A DNA stretch of 64,000 nt from the human T2T-CHM13v2.0 reference genome, Homo sapiens. The stretch lies in assembly GCF_009914755.1 (NCBI RefSeq), contig NC_060938.1, one strand, 5' to 3'. Every line of letters starts with the position of its first letter. Within the stretch, counting starts at the first letter, position 1. Below are positions 1 to 18,434 of this stretch, piece after piece. The notes beneath the pieces are model-generated. The model was not told the origin of the DNA. It saw nothing but the letters and a program-made list of their open reading frames with translations, and searched no databases. The position numbers were made by a program, and so were the translations under genes.

Positions 1-59
1 TCCCGAAGTTCTGGGATTACAGGTGTGAGCTACCATGCCCAGCCCAATTTTCTGTTTTT

Positions 60-1100
60 ATTAAACATATTTATTGCCTCAAGTACTTACCATTTATTCT
101 TCCTAACTGTAACATTGAGCTCTTTGACCAACATCTCCCCATTTCCCCTTAACCCCCAGCCTCTGGTAACCACCATTGTGCTCTCTGTTTCTATGAGTTC
201 AGTTTTGGATTCCACATAAAAGTGAAAACGTGGCATTATGCCTTTCTGTGCCTGGGTTATTTCAGTAGCATAATGTCCTCCAGGTTCATCCACGTTGCAC
301 AAATGACAGAATTCCCTATTTTTAAAGGCTGAATTGTATTTCATTTTGTATATATGTCACATTTTCTTTATCCATTCATCTGATATGGACACCTAGGTTG
401 GTTCCATAATGTGGCCATTGTGAATAATGATGTAATAAACATGGGAGTGCAGATATCTCTTTGATATACTGATTCCAGTTCCTTTCAATATATATTCAGA
501 AATTGAATTGCTGGATTATATAGTAATTCTGTTTTTAATTTTTTGAGGAACCTCCATCCTGTTTTCCAAAATGGCTGTACTGATTTGCATTCCCACCAAG
601 TGCACCTGGGTTCCCTTTTCTCTACATCCTTGCCAACATTTGTTATCTTTTATCTTTTTGATAATATCCATTTTGACAGGTATGTGGTGATATCTCATTG
701 TGATTTTAATTTGCCTTTCCTTAATGATTAGTGATGTTGAACATTTTTTCATATATCTGTTGACTATTCATATGCCTTCTCTTGAGAAGTATCTGTTCAG
801 GTCCTTAGCCTAGTTTTTAATTAGGTTGTTTTTTTGCTTTTGAGTTGTTTAAGTTCTTTACTTATTTTGGATATTAACCCCTTATCAAATGTATGGCTTG
901 CAAGTATTTTCTCCCAATCCATGGGTTGTCACTTCACTGTGTTGATTGTTTCTTTTACTGTGCAGAAGCTTTTTATTTTGATGTAATCCCATTAGTCTGG
1001 TTTTGGTTTTGTTGCCTGAGCTTTTGGGGTCAAATCCAAAAAAGTATTGCCCAGACCAATGTTATGTAGTTTTCCCTTATGTTTTCTTCTAGTAGTTTTA
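60..1100 (-). mobile_element. Old L1M 3' fragment
   Basis: Minus-strand ORF2 C-terminal remnant [22 protein letters not shown]... Confidence 0.85.
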
Positions 1101-1651
1101 CATGGATAATTTTTCCAATATGTATTTCAGAATCTCCATCGGTGGCAGTAAATAGGTTTTTTATTGTGTAAGTAGAAAATCTTTTACATGGTGGAGTATG
1201 TTAACAGATGATTGGTATCTTAATGTTAGAGCATTTTGATAGCAGGTAACCATAAAACTACTTCTAATCACCATATCCTTTCTTGTGTTTGTGGACTAGG
1301 CATCATGTGAAGTTTCTGTTTGCTCCTGTAGATTTACTCTCTACTCGTCTGCATGCTGCATTGTACTTTGGCATGTATGCACTGTATTAGTAGAGTCCTT
1401 TGTCCTCTGGCTTTTTATTGAGTTTAGCCAATGTGAACCACCGGCAGGAAATTAGAGGGCAGGGAATAAAATGAGGTTGTGTTATTTACTCTTCACCATT
1501 CTGATTCTGGGATTCCTTCCTTATTATATGCCATGGGTAACTGGATTTTCTACTAAGGCCACAGCTACTATTGGGAAGCCTTCTCCATTTGGGTATTCTC
1601 CCGGGGTTCCCAGTAACTGCTCTCTCTTTTTACCCCTTCAGATATTGGGTT

Positions 1652-2016
1652 TGTGATAGCCCATTTTGTGCTGCTATAATGGAATACCACAGACTGGGTA
1701 ATTAATAAAGAACAGAACTTCATTGGCTTACAGTTGTGGAGGCTGGGAAGTCCAAGATTGAGCAACTGGCATCTGGCAAGGGCCTTCTTGCTGCATCATT
1801 GAATGTAGCAGAAGGCAAGAGGGTGAGAGAGAGACAGAGAGAGAAGGGGCCAGAGCTCATGATTTTATAACAAACCCACTTCCATAATAATGGCATTAAT
1901 CCATTCATGATGCTGGAGCTGTCATGGCATAATCACTGCTCGTTCAGTCCCAGCTCCCAACACTGTTATATTGTTTCCAACACACGTTTTTTAGGGGACA
2001 CATTTAAACAACAGCA
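1652..2016 (+). mobile_element. MaLR LTR (MST/MLT1-type)
   Basis: gctgctataa..aataccacagactgggtaat..ggctgggaagtccaagat motifs; gggga cac end. Confidence 0.75.
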
Positions 2017-2237
2017 GGGATATTAATGGTTTTCTCAGTGCTATTAGCTCTGGGGTACTATTCTGTTCATTGTTGGAAACCTTGTCCGCATCTTTGTAGA
2101 TAATACCCTATTAGCCAATTAAAAAAATTTTTTTAAATGTGTATAGCTAAATCTCACCATTACCAGCCAGTTTGAATGTATCGTTGGGTTTCCTGCCATA
2201 GACCAATACAACAGCCAATGCTTATCCATTGGAGTAG

Positions 2238-2416
<179 letters not shown>

Positions 2417-2970
2417 TAGTAGAGACGGGGTTTTGCCATGTTGGTCAGGCTGGTCTCGAACTCCCAACCTGAGGTGATCTGCCTGCCTCGGCCTCCCAAA
2501 GTGCTGGGATTACAGGCATGAGCCACCGTGCCTGGCCCCATTGGAGTACTTTTTAACAACTGAAGATAAACCTGGCTTCACTTAATGTTAAGAGCAGACT
2601 TTCAATTTTCTGTTTCCTCTTAATACATCATAAATATGATAAGACAAAGGAATTTTGAAAAGGTCCTGTATTTCCATAGTACATTTGTAAAACAGACTCA
2701 ATTTTTAAAACCCTGACATTTAAGATAAAGATTTAAGATTAATACTCCTGGCATATGATACTAATAGAGCATAAGAAGTGGAGACCTATGCTAGACGTGG
2801 CGGCTCACACCTGTAATCCCAGCATTTGGGGAGGCCGAGGCGGATAGATCACGAAGTCAGGAGTTCAAGATCAGCCTGGCCAAGATGGTGAAACCCCGTC
2901 TCTACTAAAAATACAAAAATTAGGTGGGCGTGGTGGTGGGCGCCTGAAATCCCAGCTACTCGGGAGGCTA

Positions 2971-3096
<126 letters not shown>

Positions 3097-3190
3097 CTAG
3101 ATCTTTTTATAATCTTATAGTAACTCACTTCAATTTTACCTTAGATGTACCTTAAGGTACATGTTGGCCAGGATGATCTCGATCTCCTGA

Positions 3191-3622
<432 letters not shown>

Positions 3623-4702
3623 TAGTGTGAAGTTTTGCAATGTGAATGAAGAGCTTCCTAAATGATTATATTTTTGGCCTAGTTAATTCCACCTTTAGGA
3701 ATTTAAGCAGATTAAGTAAATAGGCTTAATATTATAATTATATTAATATGATATAATACATGTGGAAAAATAGGATAGAGAAAATATGTAAGGGACAACA
3801 ATGTTGTAAAAATAAGTGTATGCTCAGGAAAAGACTGGAAAGGTACCCTGATATTTGGATAATTATTTCTAGGTGGTGGAAAATGGGTGAATTACATTTT
3901 TCTTATATTGACCTCCATTTTCTTTCTTTCTTTCTTTCTTTTTTTTTTTGAGATGGAGTCTTGCTCTGTTGCCCATGCTGGAGTGCAGTGGTGCGATCTC
4001 AGCTCACTGCAAGCTCCGCCTCCCAGGTTCACGCCATTCTTCTGCCTCAGCCTCCTGAGTAGCTGGGACTACAGGCACCTGCCACCACGCCCGGCTGATT
4101 TTTTGTATTTTTTTTTAGAGACAGGGTTTCACCGTGTTAGCCAGGATGGTCTCGATCTCTTGACCTCGTGATCCACCCTCCTCGGCCTCCCAAAGTGCTG
4201 GGATTACAGGCGTGAGCCACTGCACCCTGCCGACCTCCATTTTCTAAGTGTTCTACAACAAATAAATATGACTTTTATAATCTGAAAATAAATTGTTTTA
4301 ATAAGAAAAGGTAGTAGGTCTTAATAGGGAAGGAAGAGATACTTATATTTTTGGAGGAAAAATGAATCATTTTGAGTTTTAGCACTATATACAAGAAGTC
4401 TTGAAGACACAAGATCTTGTCCCAGTTTTGCTATTACTGGGATAGTCTAGGTGGTGGAATTCTGGCATAGACTCTAGCTACTTCTTTTTTTTGATTCAAT
4501 CAAGTCAATGTTCAAACAAAGGGCCCTTATATATTCATTCTGTATAGTTGTGTGGGATGATGATAAATGTTATTCAGGAATTATTAACCTGTTTTTCAGC
4601 TCTGGAGCAGATTTGATTCTTTGGTAGTCATAGCTTGGATATTATCAATTATTCTCGCCAGAAACAACCCCAGGAGAATTGGTCCACTGAGAAACATATT
4701 TA

Positions 4703-7015
<2,313 letters not shown>

Positions 7016-7019
7016 ATAC

Positions 7020-7245
<226 letters not shown>

Positions 7246-7280
7246 TAATTTTTGTATTTTTATTTATTTTATTTATTTAG

Positions 7281-7439
<159 letters not shown>

Positions 7440-8269
7440 TGAGTAGAGACGGGGTTTCTCCATGTTGGTCAGGCTGGTCTTGAGCTCCTGACCTCAGGTG
7501 ATCCACCCGCCTCAGCCTCCCAAAGTGCTGGGATTACAGACGTGAGCCACTGCGCCCCGCCCCATCCACTCAGTCTTAACAGATATTCTTGTGTTTGCCT
7601 TTTTAATGCCCTTTTAATCATTAGTATATATAAGAAGATTATGGACAAGTTTTTCTCTTTCTCCCCTCCTTGGAAGCCATATTAAAACAATTATTTCCCA
7701 GATGCAGTGGCTTACCCCTGTAATCCCAGCACTTTGGGAGGCTGAGGTGGGTGGATCACATGGGGCCGGAATTTGAGACCAGCCTGGCCAACATGGCGAA
7801 ACCTTATCTATACTAAACATACAAAAATTTGTGCAATTGGTGCACGTCTGTAATCCCAGCTACTCGTGAGGCTGAGGCACAAGAGTCACTTGAACCCAGG
7901 AGGCAGAGGTTGCATTGAGCTGAGATTGTGCCACTGCGTTCTAGCATGGGTGACAGAGTGAGACTCTGTCTTAAAAAAAACTCCAGAAAACAATTATTAA
8001 TGCATTTGATTCCTTGAAGGCTTTATACTGTGTTTTCTTTGGATAAACGTATTGGTACAGTGAAGCATGCCTTTATCACTGGCTTCATCTAGAGAGGCAG
8101 ATAACATCTGTTTGGCAAGCTTCACAAAATTCATTTGGAATTATAGAACCAAGATTAACTACGTAGGTGTGCATTGTGGATTGCATTCTGCCAGTGGCCC
8201 TGGCTTACCAAATATGCACTGAACTTGTCTTGGGTTCTATGGTCTAGTCCTTTTTTAAGACTTAAAGAA

Positions 8270-9540
8270 GGGATCCAGTTTCAGCTTTCTACCTATGGCT
8301 AGCCAGTTTTCCCAGCACCGTTTATTAAATAGGGAATCCTTTCCCCATTTCTTGTTTTTGTCAAGTTTGCTACAAAAATTAACTCAAGATGGATTAAAGA
8401 CTTAAATGTTAGACCTAAAACCATAAAAACCCTAGAAGAAAACCTAGGCAATACCATTCAGGACATAGGCATGGGCAAGGACTTCATGACTAAAACACCA
8501 AAAGCAATGGCAACAAAAGCCAAAATTGACAAATGGGATCTAATTAAACTAAAGAGCTTCTGCACAGCAAAAGAAGCTACCATCAGAGTGAACAGGCAAC
8601 CTACAGAATGGGAGAAAATTTTTACAATCTACTAATCTGACAAAGGGCTAATATCCAGAATCTACAATGAACTCAAACAAATTTACAAGAAAAAATCAAA
8701 CAACCCCATCAAAAAGTGGGCAAAGGATATGAACAGACACTTCAAAAGAAGACATTTATTCAGCCAACAGACACATGAAAAAATGCTCATCATCACTGGC
8801 CATCAGAGAAATGCAAATCAAAATCACATACCATCTCACACCAGTTAGAATGGCGATCATTAAAAAGTCAGGAAACAACAGGTGCTGGACAGGATGTGGA
8901 GAAATAGGAACACTTTTATACTGTTGGTGGGAGTGTAAACTAGTTCAACCATTGTGGAAGACAGTGTGGCGATTCCTCAAGGATCTAGAACCAGAAATAC
9001 CATTTGACTCAGCCATCCCATTACTGGGTATATACCCAAAGGATTATAAATCATGTTGCTATAAAGACACATACACATGTATGTTTATTGCGGCACTATT
9101 CACAATAGCAAAGACTTGGAACCAACCCAAATGTCCATCAATGATAGACTGGGTTAAGAAAATGTGGCACATATACACCATGGAATCCTATGCAGCCATA
9201 AAAAAGGATGAGTTCATGTCCTTTGTAAGGACATGGATGAAGCTGGAAACCATCATTCTGAGGAAACTATTGCAAGGACAGAAAACCAAACACCGCATGT
9301 TCTCACTCTTAGGTGGGAATTGAACAATGAGAACACTTGGACACAGGAAGGGGAACATCACACACCGGGGCCTGTTGTGGGGTTGGGGGAGCGGGGAGGG
9401 ATAGCATTAGGAGATATACCTAATGTAAATGACGAGTTAATGGGTGCAGCACACCAACATGGCACATGTATACATATGTAACAAACCTGCATGTTGTGCA
9501 CAGGTACCCTAGAACTTAAAGTATAATAATAATAAAAAAA
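8270..9540 (+). mobile_element. 5'-truncated L1PA with 5' inversion (about 8270-8369 antisense)
   Basis: ORF2 C-terminus, 3' UTR and A-tail; TSD aagacttaaagaa at 8257-8269 and 9541-9553. Confidence 0.92.
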
Positions 9541-10085
9541 AAGACTTAAAGAAACAAACGAAACTTATCTTGCCGCTTATTTGTCCCTTATTTTCCCACC
9601 ATTAAAAGCTCATTTGATGTTCCCTTACATATCCTGCTTAATTTCTCTGAACCTTAATTTCCCTGCTATAGCATAAGTATGTCAGATGGCATCCTTAAGT
9701 TTCTTTCTATTGACTGAACACCCCCTCTGGTGTTGTGTTTATAAATAGTGGAGACAAAAATGCAGCAAGACAGGAGAAAGGAAAGCTCTGGATTGTCAAC
9801 TCATAAAATAATCCAGACTGCGATTACCAACTCCATTTCAGCGGCTGCATCTTTTTTTGATTCTTCTATGGGCTTAAGGTGGTGGTAGTTATATGGGTGA
9901 ATGTAAAATATCTTTGTGGAATTTTAACTCTACAGATTTTAAATTGTTGATTGGATTGCAGTCTCTTTGTAGTACTGCCTATAGAATATTCTCGGTGCCT
10001 ACCAAGTATTTGACTACTTCATTCTGGCCTAAATATATGGAATGAATTTAGGTATGAATGTTGCTAACATGATTTCTTGTTGCAG

Positions 10086-10152
10086 ACAAAACTTACCTGG
10101 GGTCCCTACTTATGGTTTTACATGCTTCGGGCTGCTACATCAACTCTCTCAG
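10086..10152 (+). CDS. FAM177A1: FAM177A1 internal coding exon (TKLTWGPYLWFYMLRAATSTLS)
   Basis: ttgcag| acceptor and |gtattg donor; 67 nt; translation matches recalled FAM177A1 and phase joins the next exon. Confidence 0.95.
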
Positions 10153-10406
10153 GTATTGCTTTTCTGCTTGAATATTGTATAATTGCTGTAACATGCTTCA
10201 GCAACAGGAACTTTGCTAAATAGGATGTTTCCAAACTGAAGGAGAAACAATAGGGAGTTAATCACTGTCCTCAAGAGCTAGCTAGCATTGGGAGATAGTA
10301 ACCTAACTTGTACTTCACATTAAAACATTCTTCAGCTTCCAATATAGTTTATTTTTTGAGGAATGAAAAATGACTATGTTAGTTTAGATATGGTTTTCAA
10401 GTTCTT

Positions 10407-10711
<305 letters not shown>

Positions 10712-11039
10712 TCAAGTTCTTAAACCCTTTCTCTTAACAGCTATTTTGCTGCTTTGTCATTTGGTTTCCAATTGATAACATTCTCAATCTGTCTCACTGC
10801 TTATTCTAAAGCCTGTATTATAGTTAATTTATATTTCTATTTCATTAATATTCCATTTCTTAAATTGAGATGTGACTAAGTCATATTTGAAGGAAATGAA
10901 TTATCAACTTATAACTTAATAATGCTAATTTAAAATATAGGTTTTAAATTATGAAGCTTTCTTCTGCTTCCATTTTTAACTCCCTCATAGCTTTTTATCA
11001 CTTTCTGCATTTTATTAGAGCTAATTGTGAATAGTAATT

Positions 11040-11230
11040 GATTCAACAAACATTTACTGAGCACTGAATATATGCTAGACAGGTTGGTGTAATGGAAAGA
11101 GCATGAGCTTGAGATTCAGACCTAGCTTTGAACTTTGGATCTGCCTTATCAGTTTGGGTTAAGTTCTTTAACCTCTCTACGCCTAACCTTTCACAGTACC
11201 TGGCACATGGTAGGCACTCAGTGAGTATTA
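11040..11230. mobile_element. L2 end and MIR fragment
   Basis: attcaacaaacatttactgagcac; cagtacctggcacatggtaggcactca. Confidence 0.6.
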
Positions 11231-11521
11231 TACTACAAGCCATTCCCCTCCTCCAGCCCAGTGATATCCCAGCTTTCTGAGTATACATTTTTCTTTTTTG
11301 AGACAGAGTCTTGCTCTTTCATCAAGGCTGGAGTGCAGTGGTGTGATCTTGTCTCACCGTAACCTCCACCTCCCAGTTTCAAGCTATTCTCTTGCCTCAG
11401 CCTCCTGAGTAGCTGGGATTACAGGTGCCCACCACCATGCCCAGCTAATTTTTGTATTTTTAGTAGAGATGAGGTTTCATCATGTTGTTCAAGCTGGTCT
11501 TGAAGTCCTGACCTCATGTGA

Positions 11522-11611
<90 letters not shown>

Positions 11612-11856
11612 TAACAGATACACCTAGTGATAAGTATTCTAATACAGACATGAAAAGACTTGTTGGGAGTTTTGAAGCCACCGGTACTTCTTGAAGAAAA
11701 TCAGGGAAGATATACAGAAGATAGATCTATTAGGTTTTTATAATCTCCTTGAGAGCAGGAACAGTAACTCTTGTATTCCTACAGTGTCTTACACATAGAA
11801 AGTGCTCAAGAAATGTTTATAGAATTATATAAGTCTTTTAACTTTTGTATTTTCAG

Positions 11857-11954
11857 TGTGTGACTTCCTTGGAGAGAAGATTGCATCTGTTTTGGGTATC
11901 AGCACCCCAAAGTACCAATATGCCATTGATGAATATTATCGGATGAAGAAGGAG
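11857..11954 (+). CDS. FAM177A1: FAM177A1 penultimate coding exon (VCDFLGEKIASVLGISTPKYQYAIDEYYRMKKE)
   Basis: tttcag| acceptor and |gtatgc donor; 98 nt; frame continuous with both neighbours. Confidence 0.95.
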
Positions 11955-12454
11955 GTATGCCTCCTTTTTACATTTTCTTGATTCAGTTTGGTTTGCTATG
12001 GACTTGATGGGTTGCATAATGAGCCTATGTATTTTCTAACTGCCCAACATGTAGCTCTCTTATGCTAGGCATTTCATTCTAGAATCATTAATTTCTTTTA
12101 TCAAAGTAACATACATTTTGGAATTCCTTTAAACTGGAATTTTCCTATGATCTGTGTGCAAAACTAAGCTAGATTTCATTGTCTTAGTGCTATGTGAGAT
12201 GCCTTATATACATTATTTAATCTTCACATGCCTCTCTTTGGATTATCATTCTAATTCTAAGATGAAGAAACAAGATACTTAGAGCACATGGACTGGATAT
12301 AGGAAAAGTGGAGTGGGTTTGGCACAGATAAAAATTTAAGTACAAGAAATGTGTATGTGCCAGGTGTTAATGCACAAAAATTTGAGGGCAGTTTAAAAGT
12401 AGTGAGGTCTTAAGGTGAGAGTGAAGTGAATTTTGTCTTAAAAAATAAAAGCCT

Positions 12455-12690
12455 TTAGTGCTTAAGAGCATGGGCTCAAGAACCAAAGGGCTTGAATTCA
12501 AAATCCGTTCTACCACTTAAAACTTTGTAACCTTGGACAGAACACTTAACCCCTCTATAAGCCTCAATCTCCTCATCTTTGTAATGAGGAGAATTGCAGC
12601 ATCCATGCTCGGGGGCTGCTCTACAGATTAAATACATTAATATATAAAATGTTTAGAACAGCACCTAGTGAGCACAACAAATATTGGCAT
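12455..12690 (+). mobile_element. MIR
   Basis: gtaaccttggacag..cttaacccctct..gcctcaatctcctcatct..gtaatg core motif. Confidence 0.7.
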
Positions 12691-13955
12691 CTGCTATTCT
12701 TCAAGCAAATAGAGGGCAGCAATTCAGGTAAAGCTAGAATGTAGAGGCATGAAGGTACATTGTTATGGTTGGGGAAATGGCAAAAATATAATAGTTTATT
12801 GTCACTGGAGCATAAGGTACAATGTGGGAGTGACTGGACATGAGCCTGGAAAGGTCAGCTGACTTAATATTTGTCATATGGTTTCAAACCTGTTTTATGA
12901 ACAAATAAGTATTTCTTAACACTGTAAGCCTTGCTTAGAGCCTCATTACCTCATCTGGGCTATTATACTAGCCTCCTAAATGGTCTCTCTCTATTCTCAA
13001 GCAAGCCCCAGAGTAATCTTCTGGGGTTACTCACTGTGTACTGACTACCCGTTCTGCAGGGTCCAATACAAATGCCACCTACTCAATGAATTTAGTAGTT
13101 CTGCAACTAGAAATTATTTACCCTTTCAAAATCTGTACATCTGTCATAATACTGTTTTTACATGTCTTAACTTCCCTACTAAGTTGTAAACTTCTTGAGG
13201 GTAGGTGCTGCCTTATCTATGTATTTGATGCTTATGGGAAAACTAACTATGCTATATATCATGTAGTAAATGAACCAACCTATTCAACCGAATAGACTGA
13301 CACCCTACAATTGAAGTGATACAGTTGAAGCTAACTTTTTATTTATTTAGCTTAGACTTAATCTGAAAAAAATAAAGTCCTTGTCAAAGTTAATTCAGGT
13401 CTCATCTACGTGATGTAGTGCTGGACCCTGTTTTAAAAAGTAACCTCTTTTGGGCTGAGCGCGGTGGCTCATGCCTGTAATCCCAACACTTTGGGAGGCC
13501 GAGGTGGGTGGATCACTTGTGGTCAGGAGTTCGAGACCAGCCTGGCCAACATGGTGAAACCCTGTCTTTACTAAAAATACAAAAATTAGCTGGGCGTGGT
13601 GGCAGGTGCTTGTAGTCCCAGCTACTCAGGAGGCTGAGGCAGGAGAATTGCTTGAGCCTGGGAGATGGAGGTTGCAGTGAGCCACTGCACTCCAGCCTGG
13701 GTGACAGAGCAATACTCTTTCTCAAAAAAAACAAACAACAAGAAAAAACTACTTTCCTTAAAATGTTTTACAGTGGTTATTTCAATTAGAGAGCAGGAGA
13801 AGGGAAAGTATGTCTTAATTAGACCAAACTGATTTGAACATGACACTTTTTTTTTTTTTTTTTTTTAAACATAAGCTGACAGTGGGGAAAACAGCACTAT
13901 ATACCTTTTGGACTTTCGTATTTCAACTATTCTTGATATTGCTCCTTTTTTTTAG

Positions 13956-14162
13956 GAAGAAGAAGAAGAAGAAGAAAACAGGATGTCTGAAGAAGCAGAA
14001 AAACAATATCAACAGAATAAATTGCAGACTGATTCCATTGTTCAGACAGATCAACCAGAGACAGTGATATCCAGCTCATTTGTGAATGTCAATTTTGAAA
14101 TGGAGGGAGACAGTGAAGTAATTATGGAAAGCAAGCAAAATCCAGTCTCTGTCCCACCATAA
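13956..14162 (+). CDS. FAM177A1: FAM177A1 last coding exon ([16 protein letters not shown]...QNPVSVPP*)
   Basis: ttttag| acceptor; starts with (GAA)7; 69 codons ending in TAA at 14160-14162. Confidence 0.95.
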   Translation, partial: EEEEEEENRMSEEAEKQYQQNKLQTDSIVQTDQPETVISSSFVNVNFEMEGDSEVIMESKQNPVSVPP

Positions 14163-14665
14163 AATGAAATGACTATCAAGCTTCAAACTCTTAAGTTTTT
14201 TTTTTTTAATACAAAAACTTTCACATTCTTTATTCAGTGGGACTTAATACAATTATTTATATTTTAAATTATTAAAGTATCTGGAAAGGGAAAATGTTTT
14301 CTTCATTTTTAGGATCTATCTAGCAAAAGCCAGATCTGAAATTCAGATATTTGTACTGTTTTTACTGTGTATAGAAATTAGTGCTTTGGTTTTAAAATGA
14401 TCTTTTAAAAAAGTTAAGGACATCCTAGAGCCTTAATAGTTAAGAAGAGTTAAATTATCAAGCCTATTTGTGCATTTGCTTTTTTTGAAAAAGGTAAGTT
14501 GCTGATTAAGTCTAATTGGAATTGATAATTCCATAGTCTTAGATTAAAATGAGGATATTTTCTCCTAGATTTTCTCATGTTATGCCATGCATTTATATAT
14601 CTAACCATTAATTTCACACTAAGGATGCTTCACCATATAATAAAAGGAGCAAGATGGAAGCACTT
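14163..14665 (+). other. FAM177A1: FAM177A1 3' UTR with AATAAA at 14639-14644 (longer UTR forms possible)
   Basis: AT-rich non-repeat sequence after the stop codon; canonical poly(A) hexamer; cleavage site estimated. Confidence 0.55.
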
Positions 14666-15278
14666 TGAATTTTCTTTCATTGAGAATAACTGTTTTATGT
14701 AAGAATCTGTATTTATAACACCAGATATTAAGATAGGCTTCCATTTTTTAATGCAAGCCACTTACTTAATCTTGTATTCTTTTTCAGGACTCAAATAACT
14801 AGCTTTGAACATAATATTAAAACACTACTTATAGAATAGATTTATTAATGTTAATACCTAGTGAATATCCATGTGGCATCCTGGTTATCGGTTCAGCGTT
14901 AATCCTATAGAAAAGTGGTTTGGAGGGGATTGGGGGATAGTGGGACAGGTATAGATTTAATCCATCAGGAGCAATTAGATATTGTATAAGGTGCAATGAT
15001 AGCCTAATGAAATTACCCGTCATTCATCATTTAGAAGTAGCAACAGTGAAGACTGGACAGTTTACTTGAATCTGGTTGGCCACTCCTCTACCTACTTGGT
15101 TATTTGTAAACCTTACAAATGTATATATTGTGAAGCTAATTTTGAAAATATTCCTAAATATGGCCAGGTACGGTGCTCACACCTGTAATCCCAGCACTTT
15201 GGGAGGCTGAAGTGGGCAGATTACTTGAGGTCAGGAGTTTGAGACCAGCCTGGCCAACGTAGTGAAACCCCGTCTCTA

Positions 15279-15542
<264 letters not shown>

Positions 15543-16495
15543 TTATAATTAAATGTGGGTGAGGAAGAATGTGTGGAGTGTTTCAGAAATTTTGATCTTA
15601 AAAGCCTTTTCAGAAACTCAAAGCTTTCAGAAATTAATAGTTATATTAATAGCCTTCTAAACAGCATTAAGTTTTCAATTTTAATATATCTATATAAAAT
15701 ATAGTGTCAAAGAAAGTAACATCAATATAGTGGGTCTGTAATGGAAATCTGTCAATGAACATGAACTGAGTTCTTCAACTACAGGTTGAAGGATAATTAA
15801 ACTTTTCATTAGGAGTGTTCAGCTACATGGATTCATGGAATGGTGGTTCATAGTAAGTGATGGTAATCTTTTTATTCATGGGTGTAAACCCTTTATAACT
15901 TAGTGCTTAAAATATTAATCTTTTGATTATATAATGTCCCATGAATTATAGTTTACCAATAGTTCTAAAACATGCTAACCTGACCTTTTCCTTCTAATTT
16001 GTTTTTAACTTCATTCGAGATAGTACCTCTCACTCACAGATATTTATTTGGTTATCAAGTGAAGATAGGTGTGTCTAAAAGTGATCTTCTGAATCCTGTC
16101 TCCCTAGAGGTACTAGTATCTAGAGTTTACCCAGAAAATTTTATGATTGTAACAAAAGGAAGTAGTGACTTATGAAGGTTTTGTTTCTTGAATTTTACTT
16201 TTGCTACTTGTCCAATAGTGGCTAGTTTATGTTTATCAATATAGTTATTCACTGTGCCTTAAGTTTATACTTTGTTTATGCAAACTATAAAATTTCCCAT
16301 AAATGTATTCAATGGTTTGTCTTACTTTAAGCCTCTTTCACTCACTTTTTCCTATCTCCTTTTCAGTCCTTTTAAGAATTCCAGTTCCAGCTGGGCACGG
16401 TGGCCCACGCCTGTAGTCCCAGCACTTTGGGAGGCCAAGGTGGGCGGATCACTAGGTCAGGAGTCCGAGACCAACCTGGCCAACATGGTGAATTA

Positions 16496-16717
<222 letters not shown>

Positions 16718-16899
16718 TCATAGTTCATATTTACCTTCTTCTAATCTTTCAGCATCTCATAAAAACTAAATGTAATGTATAACTGAAGTCTTTATCCTGA
16801 ATTAACATAAATTCTTTAACAAAAATCCTTAACAAAATGAAGTTTGTTTTTTGGTTTGGGACAGGGTCTTACTGTGTTGCCCAGGCTGGAGTGCAATAG

Positions 16900-17064
<165 letters not shown>

Positions 17065-17108
17065 TAAGTTTTGTAAAATGTAACTCTGGTATTGGTTAAT
17101 AAAACTAG

Positions 17109-17240
<132 letters not shown>

Positions 17241-17596
17241 TGAGTAGCTGGGACTACAGGCACCCTCCACCACGCCCAGCTAATTTTTTGTATTTTTAGT
17301 AGAGACGGGGTTTCACTGTGTTAGCCAGGATGGTCTCAATCTCCTGAACTCGTGATCCGCCCACCTCAGCCTCCCAAAGTGCTGGGATTACAGGCGTAAG
17401 CCACCGTGCCCAGCCAACAAATTTTTTATACCAATGATTTTCATGAAAGTAAAATACTAGTTTGAATACATTTTATTAAAACATCCAATTAAAAGAAAGA
17501 ACAAGGCTGGGCACGTGGCTCACGTATCACTGTGAATCATGGTGGCTATAGTCCCAGCACTTTGGGAGGCCGAGGCAGGCGGATCACCTGAGGTCA

Positions 17597-18031
<435 letters not shown>

Positions 18032-18123
18032 TCACTTGACCCCCCCTAAAAAAAAATCCTAATCCTAACCCAGAAATAAAATGGCTCTACTCATGAATGG
18101 GAAAGTTTGTCATCTTTGAGATT

Positions 18124-18172
18124 TTATATATATAGACACACACACACACACATGTTGTGTGTATATATATAT
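18124..18172. repeat. (TA)n(CA)n(TG)n(TA)n compound microsatellite
   Basis: Seen directly. Confidence 0.85.
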
Positions 18173-18428
18173 GCACTGTCAGTCAAATATTCACATTCTA
18201 AATGACTGTCAGAAATATTCCATGGAAACTTCATCTCTGAAGATTATACAGATTTAAACTGAACATCATCTACCTACAGCAAATCACACTTCCCATCTTT
18301 GAACTAAAAGGAACCAGAACTTACCCCACCTCCTAACAAGCAATATTTGGTCCTATTGCTTCTAAACTATTGCAACCAAAATTCCAGTAACCAAAACATT
18401 TGCTGTGTTCTCTAGGCATATCAAGTGT

Positions 18429-18434
18429 TTTATT
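18429..18434 (-). terminator. PPP2R3C: PPP2R3C polyadenylation signal AATAAA
   Basis: tttatt on + strand, about 90 nt past the stop codon. Confidence 0.75.

Noticed and set aside
8775-9323. 182-aa ORF
   Set aside because: C-terminal remnant of L1 ORF2 in a truncated element.
13956-13976. (GAA)7 as a repeat-expansion locus
   Set aside because: Short coding poly-Glu tract with no sign of instability from sequence alone.
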